From contig JAYFMW010000005.1 of the NCBI GenBank assembly GCA_042408215.1, positions 160,001 to 224,000 on the forward strand: DNA of 64,000 bases, given 5' to 3'. The stretch is from Microcoleus sp. Its GTDB lineage: Bacteria > Cyanobacteriota > Cyanobacteriia > Cyanobacteriales > Microcoleaceae. This document shows, piece after piece, positions 1 through 9,847 of the stretch. The notes beneath the pieces were generated by a model. That model saw only the letters and a program-made list of their open reading frames with translations. It did not search any database and had not been told where the DNA came from. Both the position numbers and the translations under genes were made by a program. The number at the start of each line of letters is the position of its first letter. Positions within the stretch are counted from its first letter, which is position 1.

Positions 1-595
1 GATTTCGTAGCAAGTACGATGGGTGAAAAATTGGCATACACAAACGATTTTCCCATTCTATCCATTGACCTCTAATTTTACTAATTGGTCGCTTGTCGCT
101 AAGCAAACCTTTGAGGGCTGTTGCACCGGTTAATAAGATAATTTTGGGGTCTAATATGCGAATTTGTTCGAGTAAGTAAGGTTTGCAGGCTTCTATTTCT
201 TTTACTGTGGGAGGGCGGTTGTTGGGGGGGCGACATTTGATGACGTTGGCAATGAATACGTCGGTTTCTGTATTGAGTCCTACTGATTCTAAAATCTTAT
301 CTAAAAGTTGACCCGATCGCCCAACGAATGGCAATCCAGTTTCATCTTCGTTTTGTCCCGGCGCTTCTCCCACAATCAAGATTTTTGCTTGAGGATTGCC
401 GCGCCCGATGACGGCGTGAGTGCGGCTGTTGCCTAATTCGCAGCGGTGACAGCGGTTGCAGTGTTCGGTTATTTGCTGGATATTTTGATAAGTGCCCGGA
501 GGAATGGGAATTTTGACATTTGTCGGTATTGAGTCGGTTACGAAAGAGGTATTTTGACTGGTGTCAAAAAGGCTGAGTTGCAAGTCGCTGGACAT
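1..595 (-). CDS. Uracil-DNA glycosylase family 4 (Fe-S), runs off the window start
   Basis: Manual translation from the ATG at 595: MSSDLQLSLF...HCNRCHRCEL...VGEAPGQNED..G.PFVG...KCRPPNNR...FHPSYLLRN, the family-4 UDG motifs. Not in the ORF track. Confidence 0.93.
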   Translation of the reverse strand, partial: MSSDLQLSLFDTSQNTSFVTDSIPTNVKIPIPPGTYQNIQQITEHCNRCHRCELGNSRTHAVIGRGNPQAKILIVGEAPGQNEDETGLPFVGRSGQLLDKILESVGLNTETDVFIANVIKCRPPNNRPPTVKEIEACKPYLLEQIRILDPKIILLTGATALKGLLSDKRPISKIRGQWIEWENRLCMPIFHPSYLLRN

Positions 596-762
596 ATATT
601 TAACGATCGGGGAGATTTTTTTGATGCTAGAATTTATAGTGTATATCGGGTTGAGTGATTTGAGATTGGCAAAAAGCTTGTATGCGATGCAGTCGATCGC
701 AAAATCTCAAATTGTTACTCTCAAATCTACAATTGTTTGGTAGAGCTCGTACAGGCAGGAAT

Positions 763-1434
763 ATGTTCTCTAACCCGTTGTTTGATAATCGCGCCGATGC
801 TGGCGAAAGACTCGCCGCAGCAGTTTTCGCAGAGATCGGAAAATTGAATTTAACCGCACCAGAGGCTGTTAAACCGATTGTTTATGCTTTACCACGGGGG
901 GGTTTGCCGATTGCAGTGCCCATAGCCCGCTTGTTGGGTTGTCCTTTGGATGTGGTTGTGGCCAAGAAAATTACTCGTCCAGATAATCCAGAATACGCGA
1001 TCGGGGCTGTAACTGCTGATGGGCACGTTATATGGCAAAAGCAAAAGTCGCGCAATTTTCGCTTTCAAACTCTAGCACTCCAGCAGGCTCAAGATAAAGC
1101 CCAATCTCTACTGGCAGATTTGGCTCCGGGATGCCCAAATGTCAGCGCTGCGGGGGCTTTGGCGATTTTGGTGGATGATGGGATTGCGACGGGGATGACG
1201 ATGGCTGTGGCGGCGAAGGCTTTGCGGGCGCAGCAGCCGGCGGCTTTGTGGATTTGTGTGCCGGTTGCACCGGAGGATTTGCTAGAATTTTTGGAGGAAA
1301 TGTGCGATCGCGCGATCGTCCTGGAAACCCCAGATCCTTTTTACAGTGTGAGTCGCTTTTATGGGGAATTTCCGCAGGTTGAGACGGAAGAGGTTTTAAG
1401 GTGTTTACGGCAACAAAGTGAGTGGCGATCGTAA
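763..1434 (+). CDS. Phosphoribosyltransferase family protein
   Basis: LPRGG motif and PRPP-binding ILVDDGIATG. Start moved to ATG 763, which follows AGGA. Confidence 0.88.
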   Translation: MFSNPLFDNRADAGERLAAAVFAEIGKLNLTAPEAVKPIVYALPRGGLPIAVPIARLLGCPLDVVVAKKITRPDNPEYAIGAVTADGHVIWQKQKSRNFRFQTLALQQAQDKAQSLLADLAPGCPNVSAAGALAILVDDGIATGMTMAVAAKALRAQQPAALWICVPVAPEDLLEFLEEMCDRAIVLETPDPFYSVSRFYGEFPQVETEEVLRCLRQQSEWRS

Positions 1435-1476
1435 GTTAAGCTAGAAGGCTAAATCCAAAAGTTCGATCGCTAACTC

Positions 1477-1767
1477 ATGAGACCTTGGCAATTTTGGTTG
1501 GATACTTTGATTCTGTCTAGTCAGCACAATCCTCCTCGTTTTGTTGAGTTGGTGATGTTGATTTTGGCGATGATGTTATTGGGAATCTGGAGTGTGACAG
1601 CGCAGTGGCCATATTTAGTGCTGTCTCTGAGTTATATAATTGGCTCGTCTTTTTCAATTTTGGTGCGGGAATCCCTCGGCCCGCGGCCTCAATTTCAGCT
1701 AACTCATTTGACAGCAGTGCTGTTGTTAATTATTAGTTTTTATAGTTTTGCTGAACTGATTAGATAG
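1477..1767 (+). CDS. Small hypothetical membrane protein
   Basis: 96 aa with about 3 hydrophobic segments. Confidence 0.7.
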   Translation: MRPWQFWLDTLILSSQHNPPRFVELVMLILAMMLLGIWSVTAQWPYLVLSLSYIIGSSFSILVRESLGPRPQFQLTHLTAVLLLIISFYSFAELIR

Positions 1768-1870
1768 GTAAATCCAGGGAGACAAAAACCCGGTTTCTTA
1801 ACCTAATTGTGTGATTTGAGGTTGATAACGATCGCCAGAAACCGGGTTTTTTCGGTTGTTCTATTTAGGG

Positions 1871-2242
1871 CTAATGAGATTGATGTAAAATTAAGCGGTT
1901 GCCGGCGGGATCGAAGGCGTAGATTTCGCGGCCGTGAGAAGCTGTAATAATTTCTCCCGGTGGCGGACACCCTAAAGTCCAAATTCGGGCGATCGCAATT
2001 TCGATGTCGCTGACTTCCAAACACAAACTCATGCCTGTTTTTGCGCGGCCTGCAAATTCTGATTTATGGGAATCCTTGGGTTTGAATATGCCAAGTCTTA
2101 ACCCCGGCAGTTGAAATTCAGCATAAGTATTCGGGATGTAAGGATTCGGTTCTAGGTCAAGAAATTTTGTGTAAAATTTGACGAGAACTTCATTATTAAG
2201 GTCTGCTAACGTAACTAGGGCGGCGCTGTACAGGAAACTCAT
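1871..2242 (-). CDS. VOC/glyoxalase family protein
   Basis: FY..FL, LCLEVSDIE and HGREIYAFDPAGNRL motifs; probable start MSFLYS at 2242. Confidence 0.85.
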   Translation of the reverse strand: MSFLYSAALVTLADLNNEVLVKFYTKFLDLEPNPYIPNTYAEFQLPGLRLGIFKPKDSHKSEFAGRAKTGMSLCLEVSDIEIAIARIWTLGCPPPGEIITASHGREIYAFDPAGNRLILHQSH

Positions 2243-2330
2243 ATTATTGGGAAGGAAGAAGGAAGAAGGAAGAAGGAACAAAAAATATATTATCATATTC
2301 TGATACAACAAATACAACAAGTATTTTTTT

Positions 2331-2798
2331 ATGGAAATCACAAATTTTATTGCCCTGTCTGTCATTGTTGCGGCCGTGTTGGGGATTGGCTTGGGAACAA
2401 TGACTTGGGCTTACTTCGGCAAGGGCAGCATTTCTGTGTTGTTTAAAGAACCAATTTTAAGTTCGCCAGAATTTCTAGCTACCGATGCTGGTAGCAAAGC
2501 CTCGGTTTATTTTCAAGCAGGAATTGAGGCTTATCAATCGGGAAATTATCGAAAAGCTAAAGACAAATTTAGCAGTGCCATACAACTTGTTTCTACTTGG
2601 GCGGAAGCTTACCACAATCGCGGTTTAGCTTGTGCTAATTTGCGATCGGACGACGATGCGGTGGCAAATTTAATCAGTGCGAGCGAGTTTTACCAACAGC
2701 AGGGGAATGGATTTGCGATCGACCTAATCAAACAAAACCTTGCCGCCTTAAAGCAGCGGAAATTAGAACGGGAAAAGCAAAAAGCCATAAAAAAATAG
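2331..2798 (+). CDS. TPR protein with N-terminal membrane anchor
   Basis: AEAYHNRGLA TPR motif and hydrophobic N-terminus. Confidence 0.85.
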   Translation: MEITNFIALSVIVAAVLGIGLGTMTWAYFGKGSISVLFKEPILSSPEFLATDAGSKASVYFQAGIEAYQSGNYRKAKDKFSSAIQLVSTWAEAYHNRGLACANLRSDDDAVANLISASEFYQQQGNGFAIDLIKQNLAALKQRKLEREKQKAIKK

Positions 2799-2895
2799 AA
2801 TACTAAGAACCCCGACTTCTGGGGGAAGTCAGGGTTCTAACAGCGATGGAATTTTACTTTTGCTTTCGGTCAAAATTTGATATTATCCCTGGATT

Positions 2896-3222
2896 TTAAA
2901 CTTGTCTACCATTTTCGATTATGTCAATTTTAGCAATCAGCATTTCTCGGCTAAATGCAACGACTCGATAATTAGTAATTGGATCGTAGGCTTCCCATTC
3001 TTGAGTCACTTCGCTGTCTTGCCACAAAAACCATTCTCGGTAAATTTCGCCGTCATCAATATCGCCACACAGAGGAAGCCAATCATCTCCTGCTAAAGTA
3101 TCAACATCTCCTCCTACTAAGTCTAGCCAAGCCGCAGCAATACAAGAGTCAATAGCGTTACGATCGAAATTAACTGTGTTAGACTGTATAGAGGTTTCGG
3201 GGAAGCAAAAAGTGGATTTCAT
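2896..3222 (-). CDS. Hypothetical acidic protein
   Basis: 108-aa ORF with protein-like composition; no family recognised. Confidence 0.5.
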   Translation of the reverse strand: MKSTFCFPETSIQSNTVNFDRNAIDSCIAAAWLDLVGGDVDTLAGDDWLPLCGDIDDGEIYREWFLWQDSEVTQEWEAYDPITNYRVVAFSREMLIAKIDIIENGRQV

Positions 3223-3457
3223 AAATCTTTCCTAAACGTTATGTTATTAATTTATGAAATTTTTAGGACTGGTGGCGATCGCAAAATGCCACTATCTCAA
3301 CCTCCACATTCCCCGGTCAAGAAACCGTGACAGCCGATCGCACTCCAATGCCGATGGTGTATAACTTGAGAGTGCTTTGGCGTCCACTCCCAGCCTTGGC
3401 TGAATTTAGCCAATTCTCCAACTGGCACAGGCGATGGGACTTCCCTCTTCTCAAGGA

Positions 3458-3773
3458 GTGTCAACTTAAGCCTGAAAGCCATGAGAAATCTCGCTTTCAC
3501 CCCAGTCTAGATCCCCCTAAATCCCCCTTAATAAGGGGGACGAAAGAGAAGATTCCTGTCCCCCCCTTAAGAAGGGGGACGAAAGAGAAGATTCCTGTCC
3601 CCCCCCTTAAGAAGGGAGTAGAGTGTGAGTAGGGGTTGACGAAAGAGACTCTTTCTCCCCCCTTGTGAAGGGGGGCCGGGGGGGATCTTAGAGTTTGAAA
3701 ACACGCCCTAGGGGGGATCTAAGTTTAATAGTCAAACAGCAGTCTCTGACTGAGTTTAACGTTAAGTTGACAC
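3458..3773. mobile_element. MITE-like element with TIR GTGTCAACTTAA...TTAAGTTGACAC
   Basis: 12-bp terminal inverted repeats, internal CCCCCTTAAGAAGGGGG hairpins and an internal ~39-bp duplication. Same family as the 18.6-19.9 kb array, opposite orientation. Confidence 0.8.
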
Positions 3774-3810
3774 CTCTTCCCTCTTCCTTCTTCCCTCTTC
3801 CTTCTTCAAA

Positions 3811-4674
3811 ATGCTAGAACTTCACTGTCACACGACTTATTCCGACGGTACTCTCACCCCTGCTGAACTCGTAGCCGCCGCTGCTGCGTCAGGAGTTCAG
3901 GCTTTAGCCGTCACGGATCATGATACTATCTCCGGCTGGGACGAAGCCTTCGCCGCCGCTGGCTTGTACAATATAGAAATAGTGCCTGGGCTCGAACTCA
4001 GTACAGTTCATAATGGTCGATCGCTGCACATTTTAGGTTTTTATCCCGATGGAAATAAGTTGCGAAATCCTTTGAACGATCGCCTGGAAGGAAGATTTCG
4101 CCGATCGCAGGAAATGGTGGACAAATTAGCAGCAATGGGATACCCGATCGAACTGGCAAAAACCTCCCCAGGAATGGCACCGGGAAGGCCTCATATTGCC
4201 TCTGCATTGGTAACAGCAGGTTACGCCAAATCATCGCGGGAAGCCTTCGATAAGTGGCTGGGAGATGACGGCCCAGCTTACGTTCATTACGAGAAATTCT
4301 CGATCGCCGAAGGCATTGATTTATTGCGAAGTTGTGGCGCAGTACCAGTCTGGGCTCACCCTTATTTATTTCGCGGCGGAGTTGTTGAGGAAGTATTAAA
4401 AGAATTAGTAGATGCTGGTTTAATGGGAGTTGAAGTATACCATCCCAGCCACAGTTCCAGCCAAATAGAAAAATTGAAGAAATTGTGTCTTGATTACGGT
4501 TTGTTGGTAACTGGTGGCAGCGATTATCACGGCCCAGATCTCGAAAGGAATGAAAGAAAAGGAATTCAAAGTACCGCCCTTAATATGCTGCATTTACCCT
4601 TAGAATTACTGGAACCAGTTAAAGTTGCTGCGGCAAGTTTGAAGGAGTTGGCAAGTGTGAGTATTACTACTTAA
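3811..4674 (+). CDS. PHP-domain phosphoesterase (TrpH/YciV-like)
   Basis: LHCHTTYSDG, AVTDHDT, AHP and GGSDYHG motifs. Confidence 0.93.
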   Translation: MLELHCHTTYSDGTLTPAELVAAAAASGVQALAVTDHDTISGWDEAFAAAGLYNIEIVPGLELSTVHNGRSLHILGFYPDGNKLRNPLNDRLEGRFRRSQEMVDKLAAMGYPIELAKTSPGMAPGRPHIASALVTAGYAKSSREAFDKWLGDDGPAYVHYEKFSIAEGIDLLRSCGAVPVWAHPYLFRGGVVEEVLKELVDAGLMGVEVYHPSHSSSQIEKLKKLCLDYGLLVTGGSDYHGPDLERNERKGIQSTALNMLHLPLELLEPVKVAAASLKELASVSITT

Positions 4675-4792
4675 TTTTTGCTACAGGGAGAGAGACTTAA
4701 ACCAGAATATTAATTAATATGAATTAAAACACAATTGCCAGGGAGTTAATTGTATAATGGTAGCAACCTTAAATTGCTTAGCGGAGTGTGTC

Positions 4793-5002
4793 ATGAGTAC
4801 AGAAGACAGAGCGAAGGCGATCGGCAAAAATGTAGAAGGTAAGGTTCAGGAAATAGTCGGGAATATCACTGGTAGCAAAAAAGACCAGGTTGAAGGTCAA
4901 GCAAAACAAGCCGAAGCTGCCGCCCGCCACGCAGCAGAAGATGTGAAAGATGCGGTAAAAAATCTGAGTGACAAGGCTAAAAGGGCGATCGACAAATTGT
5001 AG
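4793..5002 (+). CDS. csbD: CsbD-like stress protein
   Basis: EGKVQE.VG..TG.....EGQAKQ pattern. Confidence 0.85.
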   Translation: MSTEDRAKAIGKNVEGKVQEIVGNITGSKKDQVEGQAKQAEAAARHAAEDVKDAVKNLSDKAKRAIDKL

Positions 5003-5095
5003 AAACCGCGCTTTACCCAATCCTGGCTAATAGAATTCGCTTCCTATCAAATCCTGTGTCATCAATTGGGTTTGATATGATTTATTTTTGGGCTT

Positions 5096-5123
5096 TGCAT
5101 AAAACTGGCTGACTCCTGCGACA
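5096..5123 (+). promoter_or_regulatory. Putative alternative-sigma promoter, copy 1 (TGCATAA-N16-CGACA)
   Basis: Ends 30 nt before ATG 5154; motif shared by four units of this locus. Confidence 0.65.
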
Positions 5124-5153
5124 TCTCTTCAAAAGCGCAGTGGAGAAGCCCCT

Positions 5154-5876
5154 ATGATGATTAATTATACAACTGAATCGGAGAAAGCTTGGTACAAGTC
5201 TCCTGCAATTGTAGCTGCTGTAGGTGTCAGCGCGATCGCCCTTGGAGCATTCATTTACCCAGAACTCGCCAGTCAACCCATTGTACACTACCGCGCTGAC
5301 GATAATTCGCTGTCAGCAGATCGCTACACCTTACAGCGACAATTGCACTGTCAAATCAGCAGCCAACATTATAAACCGGGAGATACCGCTGTCAGCATTC
5401 CGTTTGCCGATCGCGCCGTCGTCACTAAAACCATCTCCATTGCTAACAGTTTAACCCTGATGGGGGAATGTCAACACAACGGGCGAGCCATCACCAACAA
5501 ACAACCCGGAACCTCTCTAACAGCCTTGTTAGAACGCAGTCAATCTGCCATTCAACAACAACATCAAACCAACAACAAAAATCCAGGCATCCTCACCATT
5601 GTAGCAAACGACTTTGAGCCGCGTCAAGGGGATCATGGTATAGATTTTAGTCGAGTCAAAACCCTCGTTGACGACATCGAAAAACAGGGAGTAGTTATCT
5701 CATTTATCGTGCCACAAGGGCAATTATACGAAGACTTGACTAACCAGTTGAGCGGCAAAGAGAGTGTCTGCGTTTTAGATGAAAGCAAAGACGAAGATGC
5801 AGTAAGGCGATCGATGAATCCCTGCATTGATGCAGCCTTCACCCAAGCCAGAAAAATGACACCTAAATCAAATTAA
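5154..5876 (+). CDS. Membrane-anchored vWA-like protein
   Basis: N-terminal TM helix; DNSLS fits the DxSxS MIDAS motif, with later PGTS (T) and IVAND (D). Confidence 0.6.
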   Translation: MMINYTTESEKAWYKSPAIVAAVGVSAIALGAFIYPELASQPIVHYRADDNSLSADRYTLQRQLHCQISSQHYKPGDTAVSIPFADRAVVTKTISIANSLTLMGECQHNGRAITNKQPGTSLTALLERSQSAIQQQHQTNNKNPGILTIVANDFEPRQGDHGIDFSRVKTLVDDIEKQGVVISFIVPQGQLYEDLTNQLSGKESVCVLDESKDEDAVRRSMNPCIDAAFTQARKMTPKSN

Positions 5877-5980
5877 TTGGGTTGGTAATAAGGACTTTAT
5901 TCCTTCTTGTGAGGACTAAAGTCCTGACTACGAACCTAGGATTTCCTGTATCTACAACAACAGTAAAAGCAGTTCAGTTA

Positions 5981-6018
5981 CATCCGTTAAATCCGTTACA
6001 AAATCCGCTGCCGAACTT
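5981..6018. repeat. Dispersed ~40-bp repeat CATCCGTTAAATCCGTTAC..AATCCG.TGCCGAACTT
   Basis: Other copies at ~62049-62086 and, reverse complemented, ~40339-40376. Confidence 0.75.
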
Positions 6019-6032
6019 TTTTCCCCGAATTC

Positions 6033-6059
6033 TGCATAAACCTTCAACCCGTAGCGACA
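6033..6059 (+). promoter_or_regulatory. Putative alternative-sigma promoter, copy 2 (TGCATAA-N15-CGACA)
   Basis: Ends 26 nt before GTG 6086. Confidence 0.65.
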
Positions 6060-6085
6060 CTATCTTATAAAGCAAAAAAATCAAG

Positions 6086-7375
6086 GTGACACCAATGAAT
6101 TCTATCACCCATCATAACCACAATTCTGCCGCCAGCATCGTAGCATGGCAATACCTGCACCAAGAATTGACAGCCCTACTCCCCGAACAAATCAAATCCC
6201 AAATGAGTCAGCGGGAAAAACGATACGCAGAAGGAGAAAAAGCCAAAACACGGATTAACGACTTAACCCCTTTAGCGAGGCGCAACCCCAACCCGGAAAC
6301 CAAGAAAATAGTCAATATTTCGGTAGGGTTAATCAGCGCGATTACCTTCAGTGCGGGAGCGCGAATATTGACTTCCGGCTTTGGAAGTATGAGCATTCCA
6401 GCGAGTTTGTTCATCGGGGGCGCAGCGGGGGTAGTCGCGGATAAAAAAGTGATGAAAGTCATGGAGCATTCTCGCAAGAAAAGCAGCACCACGCAAGCAT
6501 TGCAAGATATCCAAAAACAAAAACAGGCTCATCCCGCTAAAAATCCATTTGGCGAACTTTATTACGAATCTCAAACCGCCTTAGTGCTACAAGTCGAAGG
6601 TCAATATTTGAATAAACTACCCTTTAGCGATGTCGGGTTGGCGCTGGGATTGAGCGGCACCGAATATGCGATGTCTCTGGGGATTGTGATCGGGTTGGGA
6701 TTACCGGGGGGAATTCTTTTAAATGCGATCGCAGCCAGCCTACCCGTAGTAATGTTATGGGGAGCAGCATCACTGCAAAACGACGCCTTTGAAATGCCCG
6801 GACACGCCCGTGCCCTAATCGGACAATACGAAAGCAGCCTCCCCCAAGAAATCACCGAATTGGAGGCAAATCAGATTGCCGGAATCGACGAAGAAGTTGC
6901 TCTGAAACAGCGAGAACTCGCCTATGAGCAAGCCTTAAACCTGCGTCGTGAAAAATTTGTCAGCGAAGGCGATACCAGCGGGCGATTGAAGAATTGGGAC
7001 ATGGTAGAAGCTGACTTTCAAATCGGGTGGTACGAGAAAGAAAAGCATCAAATCGAAAAAGACCAGGACGAAAAACGAGAACAGCGTTACTTTAAGTTTA
7101 AAGCCGATGTTGCTCAAATTGCCGAACAGCATCAACCCCCCGCCGGCACTTACTCACCGGAACAAATGGCCCAGTTAAAAAATGAATGGGTGGAAGTCCA
7201 AGAACAAAAATTGAAGGAAATTCTCGCCCATGACATTCAGTGGTTGAATCACAAATACGGCAACAAAATCAAGCATTACGAGGAGGAAATCACCACAGCG
7301 CGACAGCGTTACGCAGAAGCCGAATCTCGGTGGCGGCAAGAACGACATTCTAATGCAATGAAGGATACTGTTTGA
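6086..7375 (+). CDS. Hypothetical membrane protein with Gly-rich hydrophobic hairpins and a C-terminal coiled coil
   Basis: Two Gly/Ala-rich hydrophobic helix pairs followed by an E/K/Q-rich helical C-terminus; 429 aa intact. Confidence 0.75.
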   Translation: MTPMNSITHHNHNSAASIVAWQYLHQELTALLPEQIKSQMSQREKRYAEGEKAKTRINDLTPLARRNPNPETKKIVNISVGLISAITFSAGARILTSGFGSMSIPASLFIGGAAGVVADKKVMKVMEHSRKKSSTTQALQDIQKQKQAHPAKNPFGELYYESQTALVLQVEGQYLNKLPFSDVGLALGLSGTEYAMSLGIVIGLGLPGGILLNAIAASLPVVMLWGAASLQNDAFEMPGHARALIGQYESSLPQEITELEANQIAGIDEEVALKQRELAYEQALNLRREKFVSEGDTSGRLKNWDMVEADFQIGWYEKEKHQIEKDQDEKREQRYFKFKADVAQIAEQHQPPAGTYSPEQMAQLKNEWVEVQEQKLKEILAHDIQWLNHKYGNKIKHYEEEITTARQRYAEAESRWRQERHSNAMKDTV

Positions 7376-7377
7376 GA

Positions 7378-7600
7378 CTGAAACCCTCTGTATCTCTCGT
7401 TTGTATCGCAGTCTCGATCCCCCTAAATCCCCCTTAAGAAGGGGGACTTTGATCCGAATTCTTGATCTCCCCCGTGTTTTCTCAACAGACTTTGAACTGC
7501 TCTTGTCCCCCCCTTCTTAAGGGGGGCTAGGGGGGATCTGGCCTTAATCGCCAAACAGCAGTCTCTGATTCGGTTTGACCTTAAATTGATCCCAATGGGC
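7378..7600. mobile_element. Degenerate MITE copy, same family as 3458-3773
   Basis: GATCCCCCTAAATCCCCCTTAAGAAGGGGGACTTT core, AAACAGCAGTCTCTGA, and a degenerate right TIR TTAAATTGATCCCAATGGGC. Confidence 0.65.
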
Positions 7601-7653
7601 GCAGTACGATGTCCTCGCATCAGGGGCACCGCAAAAAAAACTTTCCCTAAATC

Positions 7654-7680
7654 TGCATAAACCCCCCAACCCCTGCGACA
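7654..7680 (+). promoter_or_regulatory. Putative alternative-sigma promoter, copy 3 (TGCATAA-N15-CGACA)
   Basis: Ends 29 nt before ATG 7710, the likely start of the sigma-like gene. Confidence 0.65.
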
Positions 7681-7709
7681 TCAAAGTATCAACACCCAAA
7701 AACTAGACT

Positions 7710-8646
7710 ATGACGAGACATGATACCCCCGTCGAACCCTTACCAGGCTTGGTTCCTGTAGCCACAAACTTCAACTTGTGGCTGCACCTTCGGAACTCAA
7801 GCCGATTTCCTTGACTTTGTTCTTCCTGGCACGTTACAGCGCTATTTTCTCTGGGATAATTGAACTATCCCGACGTGATAGCAACGTGCCTGTGAACACC
7901 GACGAACGGAGTTACGCGAACTTCTACAACTCTTGAAAGACTCCCAAGCACGGGGAGTCAGAAACACAGAAAGATTCAAAAGATCAATTGTCTAACTCGA
8001 TTCCCGACTCTTGCCCGGAAGTCGCAAATATCGCGACGACCTGAGTCCTACAGATCTGATTTTGATGGACGCACTCCGAATGACGGCCTATGGCGGTTTT
8101 TCAAAACGCTGCCGATATTTTTCGGGACAATTGACCTCGATAATCCACTCGCTGATGATGTCTTGCGAACCAGAGCTGGTTAAGCGGTTGTAATAAACTC
8201 AATATCGCGACTGATTGCAAGATATGCGACGCAGGCACAGAAACATCAGATTTGTCCATTTGGACGAACCTACAAGCGAAGAAAATGCCACAACCAAATC
8301 AGATATTACACCCGATCCGCGACCAGAACCGCCCATCGATTATGTAGAACAGCAAGAGCGTTTTCTGCAACTAAAAGCTTATTTAGAGCAAGACCCGGAA
8401 CAAAGATTGTCTAACTGCTGTACGCGGAAATACCCGATTTGTAACTGTTGGGAACTGATTAAGCGAAGGGTATTAACATCCCCGCCCCAGACCTTTAAAC
8501 AAATCAAAAAAGACCTGGATATTCCCCTCGATAATATTACCAGACTTTGGTACAATAAGTGTGTCCCTCTGTTGGCAGAGATAGCTCAACAAATTGGCTA
8601 CGAAATCGAACCCAGAAGATTACAACAAAAAGAGGATGAGGAATAA
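7710..8646 (+). CDS. Divergent sigma-70-like factor; 5' half broken by frameshifts and stops as given
   Basis: The 8215-8646 part (YLEQDPEQRL..C..RKYP.CNC..L..R.....PP...QI..DL.IP...I..LW..KC.PLL) resembles cyanobacterial sigma-like proteins found next to DUF1822, with a region-4-like HTH. The start coordinate is inferred. Confidence 0.55.
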
Positions 8647-8648
8647 TC

Positions 8649-9490
8649 ATGACTAACACTACTGAACATTGTATCACAATTCGTTTTCAGAAACAAGACT
8701 GCGAGTTGGCGGAAAAATTCGCCGCTTCTCAACCGAATGCTGAGAAAAATCAACAAGTTTATCGCAATACTCTGGCTGTTTTAGCGGTGAACACCTTTGT
8801 GCAAGAATTACGTTATGAAACTGACTTGGATGCTGGCGAAAGTTGGCATCCGGTGCTCAGAATGTTTCATAATGTTGCTGATTTAGTCTTACCGGGAATT
8901 GGCAAGATTGAATGCTGTCCGGTTCTACTTGGAGAAACGGCGATTTCTCTGCCGGAAGTGCGCGAAAATCGCATTGCTTATATCGCAGTTCAGTTTGCGG
9001 AACCTTTCGATAAAGTCAAACTTTTGGGCTTTATTCCGGCTGTGGAAATTGTGGAGGAAACTGAAGCGATTTCTCTCACTAATCTCCAACCAATTGAGGA
9101 ATTGTTGGATTATTTGGATCGAATTGAGTTGGGAATTCCGGTGGCGCAAGTTCTACTTGAAGAAGTGCTATCGGATTTGGCAGAAGATGACCCCGTACAA
9201 GCACAAGCACGAGTTCGGGAGATTTTCCAAAACCAATCTATTGCTGAAATTGTGGCAATTTTGAATCAAGTTTATCGCAGCAACGAGAAATCTGACTGGG
9301 GATATGAAGGGGGGAAGGCTTTAGCGGGAATTGGTGCTAGCAGTGGAGGTTTGGGAGGTATAAATCGATGTTTATCAATTCATCAATCTTCACCGGGGTG
9401 GTTGAGGAGGGTGTGAAAGTGGAACTGAATATAATTGCTGAAGATTTGTTGGAAAAGTTGGCTGAGATTTGGGGAGATGGTGATGAATAA
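8649..9490 (+). CDS. DUF1822 family protein (frameshift near the 3' end)
   Basis: QQVYRNTLAVLAV, ADLVLPGIGKIECCPV, RIAYIAVQ and LLGF motifs. Another frame continues ...ELNIIAEDLLEKLAEIWGDGDE to TAA at 9490. Confidence 0.8.
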
Positions 9491-9499
9491 TCTGGGGAG

Positions 9500-9760
9500 T
9501 CGGTGGGTAGCGAGAAACCGGGTTTCTACGAGTTTTTTAGTTGAGTGACGAGAAATCTCCCAAGAAACCCGGTTTCTGGGGAGTCGATGGGTAGCGAGAA
9601 ACCGGGTTTCTACGAGTTTTTTGGTTGAGTGACGAGAAATCTCCCAAGAAACCCGGTTTCTGAGACAAGGTGGGTAGCGAGAAACCGGGTTTCTACGAGT
9701 TTTTTGGTTGAGTGACGAGAAATCTCCCAAGAAACCCGGTTTCTGAGAGTCGGTGGGTAA
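9500..9760. repeat. Three tandem copies of an ~85-bp AGAAACCGGGTTTCT...AGAAACCCGGTTTCT palindromic REP-like unit
   Basis: Directly visible; single relatives at ~1786-1855, 14472-14535, 23795-23860 and 46572-46606. Confidence 0.85.
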
Positions 9761-9786
9761 TTGCTGAAAACATTTTTCGGGAATTT

Positions 9787-9814
9787 TGCATAATTTTCCC
9801 CCAAATTGCCGATA
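9787..9814 (+). promoter_or_regulatory. Putative alternative-sigma promoter, copy 4 (TGCATAA-N16-CGATA)
   Basis: Ends 33 nt before ATG 9848 of the TPR-CHAT gene. Confidence 0.55.
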
Positions 9815-9847
9815 CATATATATACACAGAATCAAAGGTAAACTCCA

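Noticed and set aside
3297..3632. ORFs 3327-3632 and 3297-3500 (likewise 7423-7629, 9383-10018, 12619-13494, 18294-18612 and 24835-25101)
   Set aside because: These are translations of MITE, REP or heptamer DNA, or antisense shadows of real genes.
9500..9760. Possible mini-CRISPR beside the CHAT gene (type III-E-like)
   Set aside because: The inner segments are the same in each copy, the palindrome family is dispersed across the window, and there is no Cas7-11.
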